Below, piece after piece: positions 14,567-26,383 of a stretch of 64,000 nt of DNA. The notes beneath the pieces were generated by a model. It did not search any database, had not been told where the DNA came from, and worked only from the letters and a program-made list of their open reading frames with translations. The stretch spans positions 28,582,001 through 28,646,000 of the forward strand of contig CM022671.1 in the NCBI GenBank assembly GCA_012295275.1. The letters run 5' to 3'. A program made the position numbers and the translations under genes. This DNA is from Chrysomallon squamiferum (taxonomy: Eukaryota > Animalia > Mollusca). Position 1 is the first letter of the stretch, and each line of letters opens with the position of its first letter.

Positions 14567-16301
14567 TATCTACATTAAACATGTAAAACTGAATATCATA
14601 AACAAATATTTTATTTAAATGAATATTTGCAGAGGATTAAGTACTACAAATATGAAAGGTAGAGTTATTCCTCTTCAGGGTTTTCTCATATTACTTATAA
14701 TAACTAAATATTTTTAAGTTTTACAAATCATCACTTCATTACAGTATCATTAATAACATCTATCCCAAATTTTAGACCGTATATACATAGGTTATTAAAA
14801 AAAGAGGTGGTGTACAAAGGTGTAAGTTATTATTTCAACAACAATTGAGAAAAGTCAACAATAGAACAAACCAACATCACTGAATACAAAAATTCTGTTT
14901 AGACTGAACTTATGAAACCAATCCCACCAATGACTCATGTTATAAGAACAAGACTTGACAATGAATCACAAATTACTGTAAACTATTTCTGTACAACACA
15001 CGTAATCCACAAATTCACCCAACACTTATATATATATACATAAAAGAAGAAGAAAAAAAATTATAATTTAAAAATATATACCAGTTTCAAATTCATAAAA
15101 CGATAAACACAAATAAATATAATTTTATGTACTATGAAATTTTGTCACTTTATACAGTTGAGATTTCAGTGTTTTCATTACCAAATATAATAATAATAAT
15201 AATAATAATTTCCTGTTTTTTAATGAGTACACCAATTCTGTTTGTATACAGCAAACAGAAATAACAATAGCTATGACTGGATATTCAAACAATCATAAAA
15301 ACCTCCAGTTTAGTTTATGTTCAAATTACGACTTGTAAACAAAAATCTTTAGAGGAACCCCCTCCCATATACATATTTTATAACAACAGAAATAAACTAG
15401 CTTACCTGAAATAAATTGCATATAGCAGATATCAAAGTACCAATATAAGCGATATGAAATGCAGAAGTTACAAATTCAGTTAATGCTGTATATTTGTATA
15501 AAGGAAACCAAAAATGTGGGTATCTTTTAAAATGGATGTGCACATGAAACGTGTAAGATATCACACAGCAGTACTGACATTAGATGACACATTAAATGAA
15601 AACAGATGTCAAAAAAACTTCTGACATTTGTGTGAAAAAAACCTTTGTCTACAACAATGTCAGAATAGTGGCATTCTTCAGCCTGAACAAGAAACACAAA
15701 GCTAAAATGTTAGCAGATATGTATTAAGCATTTTGTTGAATCAATATTTCTATACTTACAAAAAATATGTTCATTTTATCAATGTAAATTGAAAATTTAG
15801 TAACAGGTTTTAACTAACTACTTTTGTTTCTTTCTTTATGTATTATTCCAGGTATAGGAATTGTCTCTAGTTATTTGTTTTATTTCTTTTCAGGAACTAA
15901 TAAAGTATATCAATAAAACAGTGTCAGTAGTGTTATGCATTTGCTATATGGTTTTTTTCCTTGTCAGATAGTAATAGCTATTGTTATAAAGAGGAAATAC
16001 TATTTATTTGTAATCTAGATAGAGGTAACTTGTTTATATTTCAGATTAAAAATCATTACATAATGGCAATGCTTTTAATGAATGAATAAATAATTAATCA
16101 GTAATTAAGTTACCTAAATGTCTAAATAAAAAGTTTCTATTCTGTGTCTGTCTACTAATGTTTAAATTTTTAAATTTTTTAAACTAATATTTACTGATAA
16201 CACTGTTAATGTTCAGTTTGGAAGCCAACTTTTACAGTGTTTTATCCCCCAAAATGAATGTTTATCTTTTAATCCAAACAACATTTGATATAATGGTCAA
16301 A

Positions 16302-16339
<38 letters not shown>

Positions 16340-16669
16340 GTCTTCTTCTTTTTGAACTGTTAAAAATAATAATAATAAAATAAAAGATTAAATTTTTAGT
16401 TTATAAAATATTATTTTACGTGCTAATCTATTTGATGAAGTGTAAGTTTTACTTACAACAATGTCACGAGAATGTGACAGATCTATTGTTTTGTAATAAA
16501 CGCAAAAAGAAAAAAAATATATATTCTGTACCGAAAAATATAAAACGTATCACCATTTTATTCGTTTGATACACTTTAAACTAAAGTCTCTAAAACAAAA
16601 CAAAAAATAGATATATATCGTCTTTAAAATCAAAACACAGGACAACGATATACAGTTCATATTAATCGA

Positions 16670-17200
16670 AAATAAACCAAGGGATGCAACTCTAAATTAA
16701 ATCCATGTTGAAAGTAAAAAGGAATTTTTCAGTAAAGAATATATATAATTATCTTGCTTTTCTCATTATTTGTGTTCTTGTAAATTCAGGAATTAAACTG
16801 AAATAAAAACGTTTCCATGATGTAACTTAGTAAACTAATTTATTTTGACTGCCCTTGAATCAACAAGTTGTAAACTTAAAACTACTGAAGTAACCAAGAA
16901 AACCAAGAATATATTTTCGATTTTGGGAGACACCTGCTGATAAAAAGTAAAATTATAATAATACCTTTTGTAAATGATGAAGTGATGGACAATGTTAAGT
17001 TCTGTCATAATATCTCCTTTTAACAAATACAGCGGCCGGCATATTCACTTAATTCGAAAGATTACTAATACTCCTTTCTTTGGATTTAATCTTTATCACT
17101 TCCGTTTATAACCACACATGCGCAATTCACGTTTTGTTGTTGCAAAAGTCATCTCCCTTGTTATTTCAAGCATTAATTTAGGGTGACAACTGAAGTGCAT
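16670..17200. promoter_or_regulatory. Promoter region of TUSC2, probably bidirectional with the upstream minus-strand gene
   Basis: Local CpG enrichment against CpG-poor flanks. ETS-type CACTTCCG at about 17097. NRF1-like CACATGCGCA at about 17115. Lies about 100-600 bp upstream of the TUSC2 ATG. Confidence 0.55.
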
Positions 17201-17297
17201 ATTACGTTGTAATTTTTTTAATCTTTTCTCTTTAATTAGAACGAGAACATTCATTTATGACAGGTATCATAGTGGCGGCAGAAGGTCGTCCAACAGA

Positions 17298-18270
17298 ATG
17301 GGACAGACAACATCTTCTTTAGCGTCAAAGTTTGCACGACCTGTGTCGTGGATGTTCGGAAGAAATGCATTGACAGAAGAGAAAGAATCGTTTCATGGAG
17401 CAACTCCTTTTGTTTATACCAGACAAGGGTTAGAATAATGAATATAACCATTCACAGAATATATGAGTTAACTAAACTGTTTCTCGGATCTTAACCTGTA
17501 TCAATTTGCATACCACCCATCTTCGCTTCTTTATCAATATTTTTAATAATCATCTTGGCTAATAAATAATAATAATATTAATATTAATATTAAATTTAAA
17601 GGAAATAACTTTACTAAGCGCATCGACTTAACTTCTTTAAATTCTTAAGAGGTTAAGTTTGTTTGCAAGTTTCAGTTCACTGACTTATTTCCCACCATTA
17701 ATTATTACTCTTATCTATAATTCTATTGTAGTGTAAAATTATATATATTTATTTCATTTTTACCATGTAAGAATAATATCACAATCTTTGTTTATGAATG
17801 TTAATTTTTTGTAGATCAATGTATTTTGATGATGATGGTGATCTTGCCCATGAATTTTATGAAGAAGTCATTGTCAACAAACGATCGGTGATGAAAAAAT
17901 GTAATAAAAACCTAATTCCACAGGTAATATTATAATGTCATAAATGAATTCTTCAACAAGATTTATCTACTTAATAATATATATTTCCTTATAAACATTT
18001 CATGTTAGGTTTAAATTTATGGGTACAGTAAAACATAGCTCTTTAGTTTTGAAGAAGATGTGGCAACACAGATGAAAATCATTAAAAAAAAACTGACATT
18101 AAAATGTTACGTTTATCCAGTTATCACTAATAGAAGATTATTTGTTATGATGTAGTCTCATAAAAAAACAAATTGTGCCTATTTTTCAATTTCAGGGAGA
18201 AGTGGAACTTTCACATCCAAGACTTCATGTTGATTTACCTGTTATCATGTGCGAAGTGCTGTCGAGATGA
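17298..18270 (+). CDS. TUSC2: Tumor suppressor candidate 2 (TUSC2/Fus1) homolog, 104 aa
   Basis: Exons 17298-17428, 17815-17923 and 18196-18270; all introns GT-AG, frame continuous. Protein: MGQTTSSLASKFARPVSWMFGRNALTEEKESFHGATPFVYTRQGSMYFDDDGDLAHEFYEEVIVNKRSVMKKCNKNLIPQGEVELSHPRLHVDLPVIMCEVLSR*. It carries the TUSC2 hallmarks PFVxTRxGSM, DxDGDLAHEFYEE, KNLIPQG and HPRxHVDxPV, plus an MGxxxS myristoylation motif. Missed by the ORF track. Confidence 0.95.
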
Positions 18271-20644
18271 CAGAGGATCCTGTTATGTACTGTGGCTAAT
18301 TTGTTTAATTTTAGTGCTTTCTAAAAACCAAAATAACCTGAAGCTAAATTATCAGACACAAATAATGACATTATCACAGTTGAAAACTGTGTTTTCTGCT
18401 GATGTGCAATGAAAATTAAAATATGAAAAAAAAGAAAAGATTGTAATGTAAATGTTGTTATTGTATATCAGATTATAATAGTATGTATTTATAACACTTT
18501 ATTAGTCCGATGATATGGCACATGCTGATCCATTTTAGATGCAAATGTATATTGTTAGGAGTATATAATACCTGATACAAATATGTTTAAGTTATCAGAT
18601 GTACCATATTAATATTTATAAATTCAGTTATCTAGATATTAACCATTCATTAATAGTGTGCTCAAATGTTTTGAAACATTCCTGTTATTTATCTGAAACA
18701 TAAATAATATATCAAACAGCTTAGGAATGTATACAAATATGTTTAACTGATGAACTATAAAAAGAAACACACAAACACATTATAATCAAAATAATAACAT
18801 CACACTGAAAACTTTTTTGTTTTGCCTTTTTAGATACTGAAATGTCAGCCATATCTCAGAAAATGACATGGCTCATATTCAGTGGTTTATGTAAATGGTC
18901 ACTTGAAAATTGTGTATTGTTAATTAAAACTTTTATTCCTACTCTATCTCAAAAATAAAAATTATATATTTAAAAATCAGTTGATGTACAAAGATAATAA
19001 AGTAACTTCTTGTTTGTAAAACCACTAGAGCTGATTAACTTTTGATCATTTATTAAGTGAGAATCCAGTACAACTATAAATGAAATTCTATTAATATTAG
19101 TTTCTTTATTTTATACAGTCCTGTGGTTGATCAAACCTGTTGCTGATTGATTTGAAGAGAATCATCTATTAGATCTAACCTCTGCAGTTAATCAGGCCAT
19201 GAATAATCTAATAGAAATTTTAATTCTGTCAGTTATTTTTTTTAATGATCACACTCAATATTTTTTCAGTGTTCTTTATATAGTCAAAAATATGCTGTCT
19301 GTAATTTTTCATGGTATGTTTTTCTTTTCTTATTTGTCATTAAAATATAATATAAAAATTTAAAATAAAAATGCACAAGCGATGCTTTGTTCGGTCACAG
19401 AAAACCTTTTTGTATCTTTTCTTTCCTACTTGTTGTGTATATCTTGTATGGCTGTGCCTGTTATTTTCCCACCAAATATTTTTAGTATTTTCTATGATTG
19501 TTCCCTTTTGGGTAATTGCTAGAGTATACTAAAATTATTTACAATGAATAAAATTATTATGGTCAAAATACAAGATGTACAAAACTAAATAAAAATCAAA
19601 CCCTTTATTGTGGTAATGAGTTGTTTTTTTCAGTGTGAAAATCTGTGTATGCTGGTTTCATCAAGTTCTTTATTTAGTACTTAATTTTGAAATTTTATTA
19701 ATTGTTTTCTTATAAATGTTTGGTACTACTTACTTTGTAAATAAATATATTTAAATTTGTTCAGTTATTATTATCTTCTGTTTGTTATTTTTATTACATT
19801 ATTTGAAATGAACCTCTATTCATTTATATCTTAAAACATTTCTGAGGTTAAAATACTTATTTTAATAAAACATCACTGGCAATAAAAAGAATATAGTCAT
19901 CCAGTATTTCAATTCTAATTTTTTTTAACAGATTTTTAAAACTTTCTCTACACTGCTTGTACTATAAAATTTTACTTTTATTTTTTTCTCTTTTTACAAT
20001 ATGTGGTTTGTAAAATTATTGAGTAGTGTTAAACAATTTGCAATGTTGTTCAGGTCTTTTAACTATGGTGAACCCATATTGTAATTCAGGTGCTGTTTGT
20101 GTTAATAGGTTTTATTTATTTTATTTACTGTTTTGTTAAATCTATTTTCAAAACATTAATTTAAAAATTAATTCCATATTTTTTCAATTTTCACCAATAC
20201 TGCTTATATTTGTCCCCAAAATTAAAGCAAAAGCAGTTGATAAACAACTTAAATAATTTGGCAAATTGTTAATTTATTTTTTGTAGCTTGACCAGTATGT
20301 TGACTGGGATATGAAGAAATTTGTTTTTTTATTTTTACAAGTGTAACAAACAGAAGTAAAACAAATAAAATATATATAAAGCTTTTATCATTTTTTTTCA
20401 CCATCATATTGTAATTTATATTTTACACAATGAATATTTTAATTGATAAATATACTTTGTTGGATATAAAATTTTAATGCCATTGTCAACCCATGTAGTA
20501 ACTAAAATTTATGAATGTTAACAAACACTTTCATTATTATTATTTAAATAATATTTTATAAATAAAAACAAAAATTGGTAATTACTGATATAGGTCAAAT
20601 CTATCATGTGATTGAAGAAAGTTATGTTCTAGCTTAAAACAGTA

Positions 20645-20697
<53 letters not shown>

Positions 20698-20869
20698 CTA
20701 TTTTATTTATTTATTTTTAAAGAAGAATAAAACAAGGAAGTAGTTTTGTACAGATTATTTATAATCTACGGTATTAAACAATAGCATATTATTATAAAAC
20801 TGCAAAAATAAAAGAAAAAAGTTCAATGTTAATTTACTTAAGCATTTGGTTTCAGTTAAATATACCCCA

Positions 20870-21171
20870 AAATTATTTATAAAACCGCAGCATACAAGGG
20901 GTAAATCGAAGGTGGAACATTAGAAAACGCTTTCCCCTGCTCTATTCTTAAATGAAGCTATAAATACAATAATTAATGAAAATCGCTACTTTAATTATCT
21001 CACGATTAACAGACACATTAATACACTATTCCCATTCCGCTTTTATTTCATAAGCGGAAATTGAAGAAAATGGCCGCTTAAACTTAAAGAGAAATCGCGT
21101 TATGGAGATTGACACTGAATCGAGAGTTCAGATTAGCAAACAATTAATGTTAGAAGATTTTTATTAGCTGG
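20870..21171 (+). promoter_or_regulatory. Promoter and probable non-coding first exon of the zinc-finger gene
   Basis: CpG-enriched patch. ETS-like GCGGAAAT at about 21054 and YY1-like AAAATGGCCGC at 21067-21077. Donor TGG|GTAATT at 21171/21172 and candidate acceptor ATTTTATTAG| at 22000. Confidence 0.5.
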
Positions 21172-22081
21172 GTAATTGGATATACTTAGAATGTAAATTC
21201 TGTAGCGATTAAACATTTTACTTTTTAGTGATCAATGTATGCTTATTATATGAGGTCAAATGTTGTCTTCCGTCAGTGTTTGTGGTTGTTTAGGTTTACT
21301 GTTTTAGTGTTTACGTAATTAGGGGCTATATCAAAAGTGAATTAGTTATGATAATCAGAAATAATTTAATTATATTCATACTAAAATAATAATGGAATCA
21401 GCAACATTAAAATTAAATAAATAAATTATAAAATTGGATATATATTGTATATTGAGATTGAATTTTTTAAATTTATTTTATTTTTTTTATTATTATTATT
21501 TTTTTTCATTTAACATCAGTGTTGGATTTTAACAGCATTGGATTTTTCAGTTTATAAACACCTGTCAAAGACGTAGATTTGATGAAACGAAAATCGGATT
21601 TTTAAAGTATTTTCATCTGAACATTAAAAAAAAAAAAAAAATGTTTTCTAGCTATATTAATAACAATAGTTACATTACTGGTCACAGTAACCCCAAAATA
21701 AATGACAGATTAATTGAACAGTAATAAATAAATAAATAAATAAAAAAGAAATGTAATAAAAATAAATAATAAAAGAAAATTCAGTGTGCGTGTTAAGCTA
21801 CATGTTTATATCTTTTATCATTAATACTATTATTTTTTAAATTTATATTTTATTTCAAGAGTTAAATAAACTGCACCATGGATTAAAAAATGTAGAACTG
21901 GTTATTTCTTATGTGTGCTGTGATTGTTGTCATTCTTTGATGACAGAAGATAACAATTAAATGAGTTAACAAATTATTAGGAAGATATTAATTTTATTAG
22001 AATCAAAGACTGGAAGAGCATTAGTATCTAGCCTGTAGAAGATCTGAATCAATTTCAAAGGTTATTGGCAAATGATTTAAC

Positions 22082-24178
22082 ATGTATTGCATAAAGGAGT
22101 CCTTTGCCTGTGAAACATGTGGTGACAAGTTTACAACAGCTGATAGCTACCAAGAACATACTTCAGGGTTTCACTGCAACATCTGTAAAAAATATTTCAA
22201 GAAGACATATTTGCTGCAAACTCATATGTATGTTCATTCTGATGAACGTCCCTTTTCTTGTAATGTTTGCAACAAATCGTTTAAAACAAGAAGTCATTTA
22301 AACGGACATTCCAAGATTCATACAGGCGAGAAAAAATGTACATGTCATGTCTGTGGATCGTCCTTCTTAATGAACTCCAACCTGAAGAATCATTTAAAAA
22401 TTAACTCAGGCATTAAGCCCTATGTCTGTGATCAGTGTGACAAAACGTTCCACAGACAGTCTGACCTGCAGCAGCACAAACGAATTCATTCAGGTGAAAA
22501 ACCATTTGGATGTGACTTGTGTGGCAAACGTTACATGGAAAGATCGGGTTTCCAGTTCCACATGAAATCTCATGCAGATCTCAGGGCACATGTTTGTACA
22601 TACTGCGACAGGCGGTTTATAAAATCATCTGATTTGAAACGACATGAACGATTACACACTGGCGAAAAACCTCACCAGTGCCCGGTTTGTTCAAAAACTT
22701 TTGCACAGTCAGGTAATCTAACATCTCATATGTTCATTCACACTGGAAGAAAACAGTTCAAATGCACTGAATGTGAAAAAGAATTCTCAAAGTCAAAATC
22801 CCTCTACATGCATTACAGAGATGTTCATCATTATGATAATCATCAAATACAGAACGTGAAAACACGATCATCATCTGCTGTTGTGAATTTGACAGCAAAT
22901 AAAGAAAGTTTATGTCAGTTCAAATCACAGGAAAGTGCTGATGAAATCTCCTTCAAACAAAATGAAAAGGTTTTTAAACATCAAATATTGAAAAGACAGA
23001 TTAAAAATCATAACCGAAAGAATAAAATTGATCAGACAGATATGCATCTATTTATAGAAATAAAACCACACAAATGCAGAGAATGTTTTGAAACTTTTGA
23101 AAACGAAGATAACCTAAAATGTCACATCAAAAACCACATCAAAACGAACAAAAAGCCATACTCATGTGCCAAATGTGGGAAAGGATTTGTGAAACGTTTT
23201 TCATTAACAACACATCAGCGTCTGCATTCAGGTCAGAAGCCCTACAAATGTGACATATGTGAAAAATGTTTCCCTAATAAGTCCGGACTCTCCTATCATT
23301 CTCTGACTCACACAGATAAACGACCACATATCTGTGATGTATGTGGAAAAGGATTTATCCTAATTTCACACCTTAAAACTCATCAAGTCCGTCATACAGG
23401 GATTAAAAGTCACAAATGTTCTGTATGCAATAAAAGCTTTACAACAGTATCCAATTTACGGGAACACCAAAGAAAACACACTGGAGATAGATCATACAAA
23501 TGTAAACTGTGTGACCGTATCTTTTTAAGGAAAGATGTTTTACTAAACCACATCAAATCTCATTATGGAGAAAAATCATATACATGTCATTTGTGTGGCA
23601 AAAGCTATGCAGATAACAAAGGTTTTCGCTATCACATGGACTTACATGAAGGAAGAAAGCACTTTGAATGTCCCACTTGTAAGAAGGCTTTCATTCAAAA
23701 AAGTGATCTTCAAAAACACCAGCGAACACACACAGGTGAGAAGCCTTTCTGTTGTGAACACTGCGGAAAATGTTTTTCGGTGCGGGGTAATTACAACAAA
23801 CACTGTCAAAGACATGCCAGCAGAAAACTGGAAAAAAACAAAGTTTCCCAGAAGACAGGAACACAAATTTCTAAAAACTCTTCAAAAAGACTTCTCTCTT
23901 CTGTTAGAAAGAGTATCGGTTCTTTTAATACCACCAGTGCAGGAAATCCTGAAACGTTTTCCAAAGTAAGAACTGAATCAAAAAGTGACATGTCTCAGTT
24001 GGTTTCAGATCAATCAAAAGAACATTCTTACACAACATTAAGTAAATCTTCGGAGGAGTCCACTGTCAGTAAAAATTACTTTACTTCACAAAGAACTGAG
24101 GAATCATCACTGCTCGAATGCTACTTGTATGAACCATCAACCAACAGACTTGTCCTTAGTGATCATACTGACGTTTGA
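22082..24178 (+). CDS. Multi-C2H2 (Kruppel-type) zinc-finger protein, 698 aa, single coding exon
   Basis: Uninterrupted ORF with 18 C-x2-C-x12-H-x3/4-H units in two clusters of nine (finger 4 has His>Asn). TGEKP-type linkers and a Ser/Lys-rich tail. In-frame TGA just upstream of the ATG. No KRAB, SCAN, BTB or ZAD domain visible. Confidence 0.95.
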   Translation: MYCIKESFACETCGDKFTTADSYQEHTSGFHCNICKKYFKKTYLLQTHMYVHSDERPFSCNVCNKSFKTRSHLNGHSKIHTGEKKCTCHVCGSSFLMNSNLKNHLKINSGIKPYVCDQCDKTFHRQSDLQQHKRIHSGEKPFGCDLCGKRYMERSGFQFHMKSHADLRAHVCTYCDRRFIKSSDLKRHERLHTGEKPHQCPVCSKTFAQSGNLTSHMFIHTGRKQFKCTECEKEFSKSKSLYMHYRDVHHYDNHQIQNVKTRSSSAVVNLTANKESLCQFKSQESADEISFKQNEKVFKHQILKRQIKNHNRKNKIDQTDMHLFIEIKPHKCRECFETFENEDNLKCHIKNHIKTNKKPYSCAKCGKGFVKRFSLTTHQRLHSGQKPYKCDICEKCFPNKSGLSYHSLTHTDKRPHICDVCGKGFILISHLKTHQVRHTGIKSHKCSVCNKSFTTVSNLREHQRKHTGDRSYKCKLCDRIFLRKDVLLNHIKSHYGEKSYTCHLCGKSYADNKGFRYHMDLHEGRKHFECPTCKKAFIQKSDLQKHQRTHTGEKPFCCEHCGKCFSVRGNYNKHCQRHASRKLEKNKVSQKTGTQISKNSSKRLLSSVRKSIGSFNTTSAGNPETFSKVRTESKSDMSQLVSDQSKEHSYTTLSKSSEESTVSKNYFTSQRTEESSLLECYLYEPSTNRLVLSDHTDV

Positions 24179-26383
24179 CAAGTCAAATAGCTGAACAGTC
24201 AACATTTGATCATTATTTTGTGATTTTCACATACAGTTTACCAATGTTTAGGACTTTAATTTACATATAGTCAATCATAAACAAATGAACTATTGAATAA
24301 AGACAACACTCATTAATAATGTCTGAAAATATTCATCATAAAGTCCTTTCTATGATGGTAAGATAATAAAGTACTGATTTGATTACTCTGAAGGAATACT
24401 TGATGGTTTATGTGATACAAACTAACTTTAGCTTATTTTATCTTATCTTTTTGCATCGTTATGACAAAATAAAGCATTATAAAAAACAACAAACTGAAAA
24501 GCTTCAGTAAAATGTTAATTTAGCAAATGAAAATTTATTCAGACTTTTATAGTTAAAGAAAATACAACAGTGAATGCTGTAATTTAATTTAATTCTTACT
24601 ATTATTAAATTAATTCTTGAAATGTATGCTACTGACCTGAAATTGCAAAACAATAATATTTACATGTTCCCTTGTTTTGCTGAATGTACTGGTGAATGAT
24701 GTTCAACAAATGATGAATAAAAATAAAAAGAGAAAAGTGAACGCCTTTCTGATTTATTTAACATCTTATCTGGTGTATTTGTTTCATATTAATATGAATA
24801 TACAGTGAATTAGAAACCTGTGTCAGCAGTTTAACACACAAGAAGACATAAATAAAACAACAGTGTTAAAAGAAAAGTTTATTTGTATTATCAGAATTAT
24901 TTTTCTAAGTTTCTGACAAGCTTAATGTACACAATTAAATATTTTCATACATAAATTTAGACAATATAATTGGGTGCTGGATATTTGTTCTAACACGGGA
25001 AATAAATAATATCATGTACTAAGAAATAATTTTTATACTTGTTTTCCATTAAATGTTTTTATTAATTTATACACAGTATATTTTATTGGTATTAGTTAAT
25101 AACTGGATAGTTTAGAAGCAGTATAATGCACATTACATACGAAATACAATTACATCTTTCTTCATCTGGAAATACCAAGGAAATGCTTGTGAACAGTTAA
25201 TAACACTGAATTATTAAAATAAAAGCTTAAATGATTTTCTTTATCCTCAGTTGAACTTAACTTTAAAAAAAAAAAAAATAAAAAAAATTTAAAACTTAGA
25301 TAACTAAATATTAATGAACAATTTAAAATATTTAAATTCCTATTACATGAACATTTTTAGTGTTTAAGATATTATTTATTCTAGACAATAATAATAATAA
25401 TGATACCATTAGAAACTTTATTGCAGAATTAAATCCAAATTGTGCTTAATGATCAGAATTCATATAAAATTAAGACTTATTTTTCAAAATTATTTTAGTT
25501 TAGAAGTTGCCATATTACTCCATTTAAGTACTTTAACCAATATTTGAATATCTATGCTCTTTTACTCATACCATGAAGTTATTTTGCCAAAAAAAATACA
25601 CATCTAACTCATTTTTAAATTATTTTTATTGATTTGCCTTTAAATTTAATCCTTGATAAACATATAAAATATTAAAATGAAAATAGCAATAAAATAAAAA
25701 TAACATGCCAGAAAGTGGGAAACAAAAGGAACCTTTTTTGAAGCAACCTAAAAAACCATAAAAAAGATTAGAATTTTATTTTATTTGATAATTAAAAAGT
25801 AAATATAGAATTAGCAAAGCCTATCTATTTGCATAAGAGAGATAGCCACAAATAAACAGTTAGCATAATTTTACCCAAATTTATAGTTCACATGTATCAG
25901 CAGCATAAATAATGACAAATCACTATCCAAAAAAACCAACAGTTAAACAAAATTTAAATCGTTAGGTTTTCATTTGTCAAAGGAAAACAAAATTTTATTA
26001 TCTGATAATCTGTCATAAAAATAGGATCTTCATGACCAAATGGAAATCCATAGCAGATAGATATTTATTATTTCTGCAATCTGTTGTAATCAGTATATGT
26101 TCAACGAAAAACAAAACAAAAATATATAATCGTGAAAAATAAAATTCAATCTAAATGAGTAATTACATATCATCATCATCATCATTGCCGTACACTTCAA
26201 AAACAGGAGTTTTCCAGACTGAATGACAAATACATGTATCAATGTGTCTTGATGCATAAAGATGTCCAATTTACAAATAAGTACACAGGAAGCCATATTT
26301 GTATCATTGGTCATGTCACGCGTCCGAGGTTAGATTGCATCAATAAAAAAAGAATTATTTGGAAAAGATAAAAGACAGATGAA

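Noticed and set aside
18268-18324. Stop-codon readthrough of TUSC2 (TGA-C context)
   Set aside because: Not the TGA-CTAG motif, the extension has no recognisable signal, and there is no comparative evidence.
22104-23991. Short ORFs overlapping the zinc-finger CDS
   Set aside because: Frame shadows of repetitive C2H2 codons.
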